Positions 46,344-55,890 of a DNA stretch of 64,000 bases are shown here, piece by piece; the stretch's first letter is position 1; each line of letters starts with the position of its first letter. The notes beneath the pieces are model-generated. The model saw only the letters and a list, made by a program, of their open reading frames with translations. It had not been told where the DNA came from and did no database searches. The translations under genes and the position numbers were made by a program. The stretch is from an uncultured bacterium (lineage in GTDB: Bacteria; Abyssobacteria; SURF-5): positions 36,085-100,084 of the forward strand of contig CAZSKP010000014.1 in NCBI GenBank assembly GCA_964607485.1. Direction: 5' to 3'.

Positions 46344-46847
46344 TTATCTGCTGAAAGCTTTCCGAATAATTGTCTCGACAACCGTTTCCAGGTCGATCTC
46401 ACTAGGCAAATCTATCTCGATGTCGGCGTATTTTCTATAGAGAATCAATCGTTCGTCAAAAAGAGCCCTCAAGCCTTTCCTCTTGAGCCCGACGATTCCT
46501 CGTGTGTCCTTGTTTGCGAGCCTTCTCTCAATGCTTCTGAATGACATGTTCAGAAAAATGATCAGGGAATTTTCCGCCAACAATTTCATCGCTTTTTCAG
46601 AGTAAATTACGCTTCCGCCCGGGGAGATTATGCATTTATCCAGCTTCCCCATTTCCAATATGGCGTTCTCCTCGGTCTCCATGAATTTTTCGTCGCCAAA
46701 ATCGTCCAGAATTTGTTGCAGCTTCAGCCCGAGGCGCTGCTCAATTATCTCGTCGGTATCTATGAACACGTATTCCAACCTCCTGGCCAATTCTCGGCCG
46801 AGCATGCTTTTCCCCACGCCGGGCATGCCAATCAGGGTCGCGTTCAT
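46344..46847 (-). CDS. aroK: Shikimate kinase
   Basis: LIGMPGVGKS, DTD, ISPGGSVIY, ER..Y..YAD. Confidence 0.9.
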   Translation of the reverse strand: MNATLIGMPGVGKSMLGRELARRLEYVFIDTDEIIEQRLGLKLQQILDDFGDEKFMETEENAILEMGKLDKCIISPGGSVIYSEKAMKLLAENSLIIFLNMSFRSIERRLANKDTRGIVGLKRKGLRALFDERLILYRKYADIEIDLPSEIDLETVVETIIRKAFSR

Positions 46848-47029
46848 TCTCTCTGTTCGGTCCATTTCGCGCGATAATAAAATAGGCAGTGGTCACATGA
46901 ATGGGCAGGCCCCGCACCTGCTCACGCTCGATGGCTGCGCGTTGGGGCCAACCTCGAGGTGTTGTCCGCACAAGAGCGTATCAGTGAGTTAGCCGGAAAC
47001 CGCGCATTGTCGTGGGCTGCGACGGATGG

Positions 47030-47467
47030 TTACTGCAACACGAGGTCCGCCCGCCCGATATCTTGCAAATACTGGGGATAGGCGTCGTATAACGGCTTGA
47101 TCGCTGGCAAGAGCTTCAGGATTTTGGGAATAGGACCCTTGGCTATGATCTTCTTCTTGGTAAGCGCGACCGGCAAGTTCACCTTTCCGTGCCAGAACTC
47201 GTGCGCCGTGTCGCCGCTGAGCGTGAACGTCGCGACGGGCTCGTTCGTGTTGTCGTTGACGAGAACGCCCATCGGGTTCGTTGTGGCATCGAGGGTGAGG
47301 CTCAGCTCGGGATCGCGCCATACAAACTTGAGAATGAGGTTGGCCTTGCTCATGGATTCATAGGCGGGCTGCATGACGGGGTCGCCCTCCGCCGCGAGCT
47401 TCGAGACCTTCTTGAAGAAGCCTCCCATGATTTCCGCCATTTCGTCCGCGTCCTTGAAAACGGCCAT
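47030..47467 (-). CDS. SCP2 sterol/lipid-binding domain protein
   Basis: DTAHEFWHGKVNLPVAL..KKIIAKGPIPKILKL pattern. Confidence 0.75.
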   Translation of the reverse strand: MAVFKDADEMAEIMGGFFKKVSKLAAEGDPVMQPAYESMSKANLILKFVWRDPELSLTLDATTNPMGVLVNDNTNEPVATFTLSGDTAHEFWHGKVNLPVALTKKKIIAKGPIPKILKLLPAIKPLYDAYPQYLQDIGRADLVLQ

Positions 47468-47505
47468 TTCGTTGCCTCCTTTGTCATCCTGGATTCGAGT
47501 CGGTC

Positions 47506-48300
47506 CTACGCGCGGATCTTCTCACTTGCCACGCACGCCGCCCCCAGTGCGCCAATTATCTGAGGGTCGATGCCGTCGGGGAAGCTCTTCAGGTCGAATT
47601 TCAGTTTCTTTTGCAGAGCGTCTAATACCCCTCGATTCTTTGCGACGCCGCCCGTGACCGCGATGGCTTCCTTCAACCCGACCCTGCCAACCATAGTGCT
47701 CACACGATTTGCGAGCGAGATGTGCAGGCCTTTCACGATGCTCGGGAGCGGAACTTCTTCGTTTATGAGGTTTATCACTTCCGACTCGGCGAAGACGCTG
47801 CACATGCTGCTGATGGTCGTCGGGTCTCCCTCCTGGAAATGGAGCTCGGACAGCTCTTCCAGCTCGATGCCCATGCTGCGCGCCATCATTTCGAGGAAAC
47901 GTCCCGTGCCCGCGGCGCACTTGTCGTTCATGGCGAAATCGAGCAGGTTGCCCTCGTCGTCGAGCCGTATCGCCTTGGTGTCCTGGCCTCCGATATCGAT
48001 AATCGTGCGGACATCGTTCAGGAGCATGTAGGCGCCTTTCCCGTGGCAGGAGATTTCCGAGACGTTGACATGCGCGAAATCCACTTTTGCACGGCCGTAT
48101 CCTGTGCCCACGATGTAGGCGACGTCCGCTTCGCCGCATCCGGCCCTTTTGAGCGCTTCGTGGAAAACCTCCCTGGCGGTCTTCGTGGGATTGGTGGTGC
48201 TCGGGCCGGTCACATAGCTCAGGATGTGGCCGTCGTTCAAGATCAGGGCCTTGCTCGCAGTGGAGCCGATGTCGACGCCCGCCGTTATTGTTGTTGACAT
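47506..48300 (-). CDS. 2-hydroxyacyl-CoA dehydratase activator (HgdC/BcrAD ASKHA ATPase)
   Basis: GVDIGST, GTGYGR, SEISCH, DIGGQD, MNDKCAAGTGRFL, CSVFAESE, TGGVAKN. Confidence 0.93.
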   Translation of the reverse strand: MSTTITAGVDIGSTASKALILNDGHILSYVTGPSTTNPTKTAREVFHEALKRAGCGEADVAYIVGTGYGRAKVDFAHVNVSEISCHGKGAYMLLNDVRTIIDIGGQDTKAIRLDDEGNLLDFAMNDKCAAGTGRFLEMMARSMGIELEELSELHFQEGDPTTISSMCSVFAESEVINLINEEVPLPSIVKGLHISLANRVSTMVGRVGLKEAIAVTGGVAKNRGVLDALQKKLKFDLKSFPDGIDPQIIGALGAACVASEKIRA

Positions 48301-48326
48301 TTTCCCCTCTCCTCAAACAGCCGCAC

Positions 48327-49649
48327 TCACGCTCTCTCCTTTTTCATCTCCACTCTGGGGAGCACGATGTCGTTCACAAAGCGCGAGAATTCTTCCTGAA
48401 TCGCCTCGACAGGAGTTACCCTCGGGTCGAACATGTCGTATTCGAACACGAGCAGCGGCACTCCTTCCTCGCGAGACGCTTCCTTGAACAGGCCGAGTCC
48501 GCCCCACGCATGTTTGCACGCGACATGGCCGGCGAAAATGCCGCAGTCGCCCTTGAACTCGCGACACAACTGGAGGTAATCATCGACATACGCCTCGATG
48601 GGCCCTTTGAACTGACGCGACATGGGCATGAGCCTGATCAGCTTCCTGGCCAAACCCTCCAGCATTGCGTCGGGACTGGAGGTGTCGATGTACCCTTCCG
48701 GCGCGTAGTAGCCGAACAGGTCCATCGGAATGCACATCTTCAGTTCGAACTCGAGCCAGTCGTAAAACGACAGGTCGAACCAGATGGGGTCTTGATACCA
48801 GATTCCGCGGATGGCCTCGCCGCCTTCGACCGCCGATTCGCCCCTCTCGATTCTCTCCCTGCATTCAATCGCAAGCTCCTCGGCTACGTGGCATCCGGCC
48901 TCGGAACCCGACGCCACAATGACCAGCCCCGTCATGAGCGACGAAACCTTGCTGGCCTGCGGGCATGGGACATGTTTCCTGCCTTCGTTCCACTCCCACA
49001 GGTGCGTTGACATCCGGTTCGAGAGCTCGCACACCTCAGCCAGCTTGTCCCAGGAGAACTTGAGGCCCGTGTGTTCCTCGAGATAGGGAATCGCGTTGCG
49101 AAGCTGCTTGGCGACATACCTGATTTCCCGCTCGCCGTAAAGGTAGGGGATGTCAATCAGGCGAAGCGGCTTGCCGGTCACATGCATGAGGGTCTGTGAC
49201 GCCGCTATCTGCGAGTCGCACGGCGTGTTGGCGAAGAACAAGCATGTTGGGTCGGGCATCACTTTTTTCAGGGCGGCGCCGAGCGCACCCTTGTCGATTG
49301 AGCATACCTCGGGCGCCAGGCCGTGGGCCTCCGCCTTATCAATATTCTCGATGTTGAAATTCAAATCGCCCACGAGCGTGTTGAATCCGGTGACCATCTC
49401 GATGGGATAGCTTTGGACGGGCCCGTCGAGCGCACGAATGATTTCGGGGCTGATGCCGCAGTTGTGCCAGACCATCGGCACGTTGTCGTCCATCGCCTGG
49501 AAAACGTCTTCGATAAACTGCTTAAACGTCGAGAAATGCGCCCTCAGCCCTCTGGATGCCGGGTCGGCTTCGTAGAGTGCGATCAGGCCTTCGACCCCTT
49601 CGTATATGGATTCCCATTCGTCCCAGCGATCTTTTCCCAGAATTGCCAT
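48327..49649 (-). CDS. 2-hydroxyacyl-CoA dehydratase / benzoyl-CoA reductase family subunit
   Basis: PEII.A, VCS..K, TPCDS, IDIP, HVACK, EYDMFDPR. Confidence 0.82.
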   Translation of the reverse strand: MAILGKDRWDEWESIYEGVEGLIALYEADPASRGLRAHFSTFKQFIEDVFQAMDDNVPMVWHNCGISPEIIRALDGPVQSYPIEMVTGFNTLVGDLNFNIENIDKAEAHGLAPEVCSIDKGALGAALKKVMPDPTCLFFANTPCDSQIAASQTLMHVTGKPLRLIDIPYLYGEREIRYVAKQLRNAIPYLEEHTGLKFSWDKLAEVCELSNRMSTHLWEWNEGRKHVPCPQASKVSSLMTGLVIVASGSEAGCHVAEELAIECRERIERGESAVEGGEAIRGIWYQDPIWFDLSFYDWLEFELKMCIPMDLFGYYAPEGYIDTSSPDAMLEGLARKLIRLMPMSRQFKGPIEAYVDDYLQLCREFKGDCGIFAGHVACKHAWGGLGLFKEASREEGVPLLVFEYDMFDPRVTPVEAIQEEFSRFVNDIVLPRVEMKKERA

Positions 49650-49667
49650 GACCCGATACCTCCCTTT

Positions 49668-50798
49668 CTACTTCCCGATCTTTTCCAGGAACGCCTGGAC
49701 GCGCGTTTTCACCTGTCCTGCCGCCGTGACCCCATACTCCCTGTCCAGCACCAGGATGGGGATATTCTCTTCCTTCAATGTCCATTGCAGATTGTGACCG
49801 TCGCTGGCCCACGGGTCGCAGAATTTCATGCGCTGAAAGACGACTCCGTCTGCGCTGAAATCCTTCACGAGGCCCTTGAGGATTTCCGCTCTCTTGGGAA
49901 ATTCGCCGACCGTTCTCGCGCACGGCACATGGTAGAAATAGCGGTGAAGGAGATTTTCCATGATGTCGCCGTCCTCGTTCACCAGTTCTGAGAAATAGCG
50001 CGCGCCGAAGCAGACATCTTCCGCGACGACGAGGCCTCCCTGCTCCTCGATGTTGCGCAAATATGCGGGCTCGTCGAATTCTCCGCCGGTGAGTATCAAG
50101 CGCGCCCGGTAGGAGCTCCTTGTCTCTCCGTCGCCAAGTTCCGCGAGGAGCCGTTCCAGCATCGGGTTGAAATCTTCCTTCGGCATCACGTGTGCGGCGA
50201 CGGAAACCGTAAGGGCGTCGGCTCCCGTGATGGGCGGATTGGCCTTCTTCCTGATGTCAGCGAGCCGCAGCAAGAGCCTGCGCGTTTCGTTGTGGAGCTT
50301 GACGGCTGCCTTCAAGCTGTCGTCTTCGATCTTGACGGAGAAGTGCTCCTCGATGCTCGCTGCCAGGTTTGCAATCTCTTCCTTATACCAATCGAAAACG
50401 TGTTCCTCAAACGTCCGCGGAATGGACATGAACGCCTTGAACGGGATGTCCACCTTGTTTTTCCACACGTCGAACGCCCTTCGCACGTGGTCGCATGTGT
50501 TCGCCAGAATCACGCCGCCGAGGAACTTCATCTCTCCTTCGAGAGCCAGATTGACGCTGTGCCTCACGAACGTGCACAGGCGGGCGCTGAGGTACGTGTC
50601 GGCGATGGAGGTATCCTTGCTGCCCGCTCCCCGAACGCGATAGGGAAGCATTCCGGCCGCCGTGATCAGTTCCTCGGGAATGTATGAGCAATAATACCCA
50701 ACGACCTTTTTGCCGCTGTTGAGCCAGCGGTCGAGGTACTCATTTCGGGGCGAGGAGATCGCCTCTCGAAATGTGTTCATGATTTCCTGTTCGTTCAT
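49668..50798 (-). CDS. 2-hydroxyacyl-CoA dehydratase / benzoyl-CoA reductase family subunit (HgdB-like)
   Basis: GYYCSYIPEELITAAG, LCTF, NTCD, DVCFG, KFCDP, QVKTRVQAFLE; ATGA overlap with the upstream gene. Confidence 0.88.
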   Translation of the reverse strand: MNEQEIMNTFREAISSPRNEYLDRWLNSGKKVVGYYCSYIPEELITAAGMLPYRVRGAGSKDTSIADTYLSARLCTFVRHSVNLALEGEMKFLGGVILANTCDHVRRAFDVWKNKVDIPFKAFMSIPRTFEEHVFDWYKEEIANLAASIEEHFSVKIEDDSLKAAVKLHNETRRLLLRLADIRKKANPPITGADALTVSVAAHVMPKEDFNPMLERLLAELGDGETRSSYRARLILTGGEFDEPAYLRNIEEQGGLVVAEDVCFGARYFSELVNEDGDIMENLLHRYFYHVPCARTVGEFPKRAEILKGLVKDFSADGVVFQRMKFCDPWASDGHNLQWTLKEENIPILVLDREYGVTAAGQVKTRVQAFLEKIGK

Positions 50799-51571
50799 GC
50801 TGACACCTCTTCCTTCTTTGACCACAATCGTCGCACGATGTTCTGCACGTCGGCAAGAAAAGGAGCACTTGCCGGTATTTCGAAGATCGTTCTCCCTTCC
50901 CTATCGTTTTTTCTCAGCGTTGCGTCCTCCCGGATCATCCCCCAGGAGCCCAAGTTCATCCTGCTCAGCGTTTCGTTCGGGCAAGAATCCTCTTCGTCCA
51001 TCCGATTGATGATAGTCCCCACTTGGCAGTTCATTCCCAAATCGCCCGCAACCTCGACGAGTTTCTCCGCGGTCTGGACGCTGCGGAGGGAACAGTCCAT
51101 CAGAAGAACGAGGTAGTCAACGTGTCTCATGACATCGCGGTACACCTGCTCCAGCCCGGCCTCGGCGTCGATGAGAACGATGTCGTAATTGCCCGCCAGA
51201 GTCTCCACGGCATCTCTCAGCAGCCGATTCACAGGGCAGAAACAGCCTTTGAACCGCGAATGTCCCATCCCCAGGAAGTCAAACGAGGGGGTCTCGATGA
51301 GCGATTCCATCAGCAGGTAATTGAATGATGCAGCGATTTCCTCTTTCCGCTTGTTGGATTTGGCGTCCTGGATAAGCCGATCCCTGACAGTTCCGATGGT
51401 TGCCGTCTCGCGGGCGATTCCCAGGAGTTGCTGGAGCCCACCGGCGGGGTCGGCGTCGATTGCGAGAGCTTTCCTCTTTTCTTCGGAGAACACGCGCACG
51501 CAAGCCGCCGTGAAAGCGCTCTTTCCCACGCCTCCTTTGCCGCAGGCGGCAATCACCGTCGCACCCGCCAC
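50795..51571 (-). CDS. CooC/AcsF-like MinD-family ATPase
   Basis: CGKGGVGKS, AIDADP, GCFCPVN (CxC), IDAEAGLE. Confidence 0.88.
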   Translation of the reverse strand: MAGATVIAACGKGGVGKSAFTAACVRVFSEEKRKALAIDADPAGGLQQLLGIARETATIGTVRDRLIQDAKSNKRKEEIAASFNYLLMESLIETPSFDFLGMGHSRFKGCFCPVNRLLRDAVETLAGNYDIVLIDAEAGLEQVYRDVMRHVDYLVLLMDCSLRSVQTAEKLVEVAGDLGMNCQVGTIINRMDEEDSCPNETLSRMNLGSWGMIREDATLRKNDREGRTIFEIPASAPFLADVQNIVRRLWSKKEEVSA

Positions 51572-52345
51572 TTACTTCCCTCCCTCACTGAATGTTTCCG
51601 CATGCAGGTTGCGTCTCTTCACTTCCTGCGCCACATCCCTCAGCGCGTCGCACTCCGGCTTATCGGGACACGAGTCGCAGTCGTAAGGGTTTTCGCATTC
51701 ATAGTCTTTGCCGGTCCTCTTCCTGGCTTTTTCGAGCTGCTCGTCGCGTCGCCTCTCGTTCACACGCCTGGCTATCCGCATAATTTCCTTCACCCGGTCA
51801 TGCATGCCCACGACGAAGATCGCTTCAGCGGCTTCGACGACCGGCGCCGAGTCATGTATCGTTTGAAGAAGATACTCGCCCCAGACCTGCAGCGAGAAGC
51901 CGTCCTGCACAGCTTTAGTGCTCACCCTGGCCCATATCTTTTCGTCCATCAACCGTACCATGCAGCCGTCCAACTGGCCGGCGGCGGGCAGCGCCATTCT
52001 GAGTTTGGACAGATGTTCCGGCTTGATGCCGGCGCCGCCGACAAGCGCGACGTGCGCGAAGGGATAGCGCCCGCGCTCAAGGTGTCCGAGGTCGGTGCCG
52101 ACTATGAGGATTCGGCCGTCATCGATAAGAGATGTATCGTTCGTGCTGAGAACGAGCGCCGCCGAGGGAACCGAAGGGTGTCCTAACTCCAGATGCGTTT
52201 CCGACTGAGAAACAATCCGCGACGTGCCTTGAGGTCGCATGAAACGTTCGGGCGCAGACGACGACCCACTGCTGAAGCTCGATCCACGGGCATGCTCGGG
52301 GATTCTTTCGAGCACGCTTCTTATTTCTCCAATGCAGCCGTCCAT
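51572..52345 (-). CDS. Stand-alone acetyl-CoA synthase (AcsB/CdhC) middle-domain-like protein with Cys-rich tail
   Basis: LELGHP, DGRILIVGTDL, IWARVSTKAVQDGFSL...G resemble the ACS middle domain; tail CENPYDCDSCPDKPEC. Confidence 0.65.
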   Translation of the reverse strand: MDGCIGEIRSVLERIPEHARGSSFSSGSSSAPERFMRPQGTSRIVSQSETHLELGHPSVPSAALVLSTNDTSLIDDGRILIVGTDLGHLERGRYPFAHVALVGGAGIKPEHLSKLRMALPAAGQLDGCMVRLMDEKIWARVSTKAVQDGFSLQVWGEYLLQTIHDSAPVVEAAEAIFVVGMHDRVKEIMRIARRVNERRRDEQLEKARKRTGKDYECENPYDCDSCPDKPECDALRDVAQEVKRRNLHAETFSEGGK

Positions 52346-52392
52346 TGTGTCCTCACAAAATCCGGAGCGTCGATGGTGTCAGATGCCGGAGT

Positions 52393-53712
52393 TCAGCTCG
52401 TCAGATGCTTCGCCAGTCGCTTTCCAAGGCCGATGCAGGTCAGCACCGGCGGCAATCCCCACGGCTGCGGGATAACGCTGGTATCGCACACGTAGAGGTT
52501 CTCGATTTTCGTTTGCAGGTTCTTGTCCACCACGAGTCCGATGGGGGCCGTGCCGCCCGGATGCGCGCCCCTGTCGACCGAATAGAAGATGTCAGAAGCG
52601 TCGCAGCCGGCCTTCTCGAGGACCCGTTCCGCGATCCGGGTTCCCTTATCGAGTTTGAGCCGGTCATCGTAGCTCAACGGCTTCGAGAACGAGCCGTCAA
52701 GGTTCAGGCGTCCGCCCATGTCGTCGCGAATCTTGACCATGATGCCCAGCACCGAGTTGTAGTTTCGCACCTTGGGCAAATACGACGGGTTGCGCAGGCC
52801 GACAGACAGCGCAAACAGGAGGCTCGGCTCGACCAGCGGCGAGAGGACGAAGCCTTCTTCCACATGCTCGTAGGTGCCGACGCTCATCGGCGGGACAGAC
52901 GACGTGCCCCTTCCCTTGTCGCGTGGAACTCCATAGACCATCCGCAGCGGGTCGCAGAAGAATCCCTGGCCGGCTTCCGGTATGCCCGACCGCTGAAGAA
53001 TGACGGGCGTGCCCATGCCGCCGCTGGCAACAATCACCACCTTGGCGAACACTTCCACGGGTACACCGGAGGCATTTCTGCCTCTCACGCCAACGGCCGT
53101 TCCATTCTCCGTGATGACTTCTCTGATATTGACTTTCTTGAGCAAGATGGCGCCCTTTTCGACTGCCTCGGCCACGTACTCCTTCGCCGTCCACTTCGCC
53201 CCGCGCTTGCATCCGAGGATGCAGTCGGAACAGCCGGGCTCGCATTTTGCGGGGTCTATGAACTTCCTGAACGGCTCCCAGTTGTACCCCAGGTCGTTGG
53301 CGGCGGACATCAGACGCATGCTGGGAGGGCCAAGCAACTCGTCCGGCAGAGTGGTGATTCTCAGTTCCTCTTCCGCCTCGTTCACTTCATACTCGAGGTC
53401 AACGCCGTATTTCTCCTTGAGCCAAGCAGGCGGCCGTGTCGCCGTTGCAGTAAAAACAAGGGACGAACCCCCTATCGCGAGCGCCCGGACGACGTTCAGC
53501 CCCTCTTCGGAATAGACAAAGCCCGCGCGATCCACGTGCCTCACGAGTGAGAAGTGGTTGCCCAGGCGTTTGGGCTGCGTGCCCCGGTCGATGAACACCA
53601 CGCGCTTTCCGGCTTTTGTGAGCTCACGGCCGACGGTTGCGCCGCCCGGTCCCGTTCCGACGACCACGACGTCAGCTTCTAATCTGATATTTTGGCTGGT
53701 GGTAGAGTTCAT
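52393..53712 (-). CDS. GMC-family FAD oxidoreductase
   Basis: DVVVVGTGPGG, IGGSS, CEPGCSDCILGC, ASGGMGTP, AHPGGT, NLYVCDTSVIP. Confidence 0.9.
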   Translation of the reverse strand: MNSTTSQNIRLEADVVVVGTGPGGATVGRELTKAGKRVVFIDRGTQPKRLGNHFSLVRHVDRAGFVYSEEGLNVVRALAIGGSSLVFTATATRPPAWLKEKYGVDLEYEVNEAEEELRITTLPDELLGPPSMRLMSAANDLGYNWEPFRKFIDPAKCEPGCSDCILGCKRGAKWTAKEYVAEAVEKGAILLKKVNIREVITENGTAVGVRGRNASGVPVEVFAKVVIVASGGMGTPVILQRSGIPEAGQGFFCDPLRMVYGVPRDKGRGTSSVPPMSVGTYEHVEEGFVLSPLVEPSLLFALSVGLRNPSYLPKVRNYNSVLGIMVKIRDDMGGRLNLDGSFSKPLSYDDRLKLDKGTRIAERVLEKAGCDASDIFYSVDRGAHPGGTAPIGLVVDKNLQTKIENLYVCDTSVIPQPWGLPPVLTCIGLGKRLAKHLTS

Positions 53713-53758
53713 TGTGCACCCTCCTGCGTGCCCCGCACGGACATGACCAATGTTTCTC

Positions 53759-54550
53759 CTATGACCGGTTCCTCTCCTGTTCTTTGGCGACCTCATTCAA
53801 AGCGGCGACGCCACCCTCGGAAAAGGCGCGGACGGCCTCCAAGAGTTTCTTCCGTCGAATGTTGGATATGAAGGCTTCGACGGTCTTCACCGAGTTCTCC
53901 GCGATCTTGGGGAGCAGTTCCTGGGCCTGCTCGGGAAAGCGTTTGGCGAATTTTCTGGCAAACACTTTCACCTCTTCCAGCGCGAGCATGCTGATGATGT
54001 CGCTCTGAAGGCGGAAATCCTCAACGGAGAATCCCGCCTCCACTGTGAGACCTCCCTTGCGGACCTCGGAGAAAGCCTCCACTATCCTGATATCTATTCC
54101 CTCATACATTTTCTCCCCGGCTTCGTTTGTCGTCGAGGAGATCATCTCGCATCGCTCCATCTCTTGTATTTCTTCCGGCGATAGCCCCGTCCGCTCACTG
54201 AGCTCCGCCAGACCGAAAGGCCCGAGAGCCGGCGCGATATCGAGCAGGCGTTCAGGTTCGCTGCCGGTCGCTCTGATGACATCAATTTCGGAGAGGGACA
54301 GGTTGCCATTGGCTTGATCGATAATCTGCTTGATAATATCCAGCGGAAGGAACCGCTTCAGTTGCAGTTCCTTGATGAGCCTGATGCGTTCCACGTAGCT
54401 TTCGTCATAGTAGGCCATATTCCTCTTTGTCTTGAGCGGTCGTGGAAGGAGTCCTTTATTGATATAGAAGTGGATGGCCTGCCTGTCTAATCCTGTCCTT
54501 CTCACGAGGTCCGACATTTTCATGAGTTTGTTTGTACTCTTGGCTGGCAT
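53759..54550 (-). CDS. MerR-family regulator with two HTH-like segments
   Basis: MSDLVRRTG..RQAIHFYINKGLLP, NMAYYDE, LPLDIIK; second LAELSERTGL segment. Confidence 0.88.
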   Translation of the reverse strand: MPAKSTNKLMKMSDLVRRTGLDRQAIHFYINKGLLPRPLKTKRNMAYYDESYVERIRLIKELQLKRFLPLDIIKQIIDQANGNLSLSEIDVIRATGSEPERLLDIAPALGPFGLAELSERTGLSPEEIQEMERCEMISSTTNEAGEKMYEGIDIRIVEAFSEVRKGGLTVEAGFSVEDFRLQSDIISMLALEEVKVFARKFAKRFPEQAQELLPKIAENSVKTVEAFISNIRRKKLLEAVRAFSEGGVAALNEVAKEQERNRS

Positions 54551-54589
54551 TGTTATCTCCGATTGGCCCGAGCATTCATATAGTATATA

Positions 54590-54632
54590 GTGTAACTTTA
54601 CACATTGTATCACCGGCCTCGGAATCTGTCAA
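54590..54632 (-). promoter_or_regulatory. Sigma-70 promoter with adjacent inverted repeat upstream of the MerR gene
   Basis: TTGACA-17 nt-TACAAT (54632 to 54604) followed by GTGTAA-nn-TTACAC (54590-54603). Confidence 0.7.
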
Positions 54633-54702
54633 GAAAAAAATGAGGCCTCGACAGCTTGGCCGCTCAACGACTCTGGCAAAAGGCCGAAGTTCGGAAAACC
54701 AA

Positions 54703-55653
54703 TTATCTCCGGGGCAGAGCGTTCGTCGCTCTGCCGAGCTGGCGGCCGGAGAGGGCTATCAGCAGGACAGAGAGGGTCAAGAACGGCAAGCATCTTGTGA
54801 GTTGATGATAGGGAGTCAGCGCGGTGTTCAGGTTGGCGAACCCAGACAGACCGGCGGCGTCGTTGGTGAGGCCGTGAACCATAATGGCGGGAATGACGCT
54901 GCCTCCCGTGCGGTTCATGAAGTAGCAAGCAATGATAGAGGCGGTCACCGTGCCCACAAAGAAGGCGGGCAGGTACATGAAGAGGTACTGGAGCAGGCCC
55001 AGTCGTTGTATGACTCCTTCTACGATGTCGCGTGGGACGTGCCAGAGTCCCCAGGCTAACCCAACCACGAGCGCGGCCGTCAGCGGGGTGGTGAGATTCG
55101 TTTGGATCGCCGATTGGGCGTAGCCGCGCCAACCGAGTTCTTCGAGGACGCCGCCCTGGTCGAGGAAAGCGCCGCTCAGAAGGGCGATGAGAAGCGCCGG
55201 ACCGAATATCCCTTCGGGTTGGGCATACTTGGCGCCGCCCGGGATGGCCGAGCGGATGCCATATACGGCGATGAGGCATATGGGGATGAGGATAAAGAGA
55301 AGGATGTAGGCGCTGAGCGCCTGACTCCAGCGAGTATCCGGCCCGATCGGTTTGAAGCGTGTAAGGAGCTGCCGGAGGCTGGGGCGACGTGTCCAGCCGC
55401 ACATTATCAAGGCTGCGATGCTCGGGACACTGGATCCAAGTATCAGCAGCCACAGTGCCGGTTCGGCAAGGGCAAGACGAACGACGGCGAGAAGATTGGA
55501 GGTCTGTTCGATACCCGTCTTTTCGGTGGCGCTTGCCGCTGCCGCGCCGAAGTCCATTGTGGCGCCGGTGAGCGTGCTGAGGATGGGCACGAGGGCGAGG
55601 AGCAGGACAGTGAGGACGAAAAAGATGACGATGGGTTTCCACGTGGTCGGCAT
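54703..55653 (-). CDS. CPBP (CAAX protease/Abi) family intramembrane metalloprotease
   Basis: EELGWRGY, WGLWHVP, GSVIPAIMVHGLTN; many TM helices. Confidence 0.92.
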   Translation of the reverse strand: MPTTWKPIVIFFVLTVLLLALVPILSTLTGATMDFGAAAASATEKTGIEQTSNLLAVVRLALAEPALWLLILGSSVPSIAALIMCGWTRRPSLRQLLTRFKPIGPDTRWSQALSAYILLFILIPICLIAVYGIRSAIPGGAKYAQPEGIFGPALLIALLSGAFLDQGGVLEELGWRGYAQSAIQTNLTTPLTAALVVGLAWGLWHVPRDIVEGVIQRLGLLQYLFMYLPAFFVGTVTASIIACYFMNRTGGSVIPAIMVHGLTNDAAGLSGFANLNTALTPYHQLTRCLPFLTLSVLLIALSGRQLGRATNALPRR

Positions 55654-55890
55654 ATCTGGAGCGACTTCCGCGTTAGGGTAATGGGGACAGTGGAACGATC
55701 ATCTATCAGGGTGATACGGCATCAATCCGCATCGTTGCCCCGCCGATTGCATGAACGAATGCTCATGGACGCCCCGGATGCGCTTGTGTCCATCCGACAC
55801 GACGGCCTCTGCACTTGCCAGCAGGAGATATTATAAGTCAGCGGAATTTGAATTTCTAGTGAATAGTGGAAATGGAGGAGCAGACTTTCA

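Noticed and set aside
50795-52345. Wood-Ljungdahl CODH/ACS gene cluster
   Set aside because: No CODH subunit, A-cluster domain, corrinoid Fe-S protein or methyltransferase in the window
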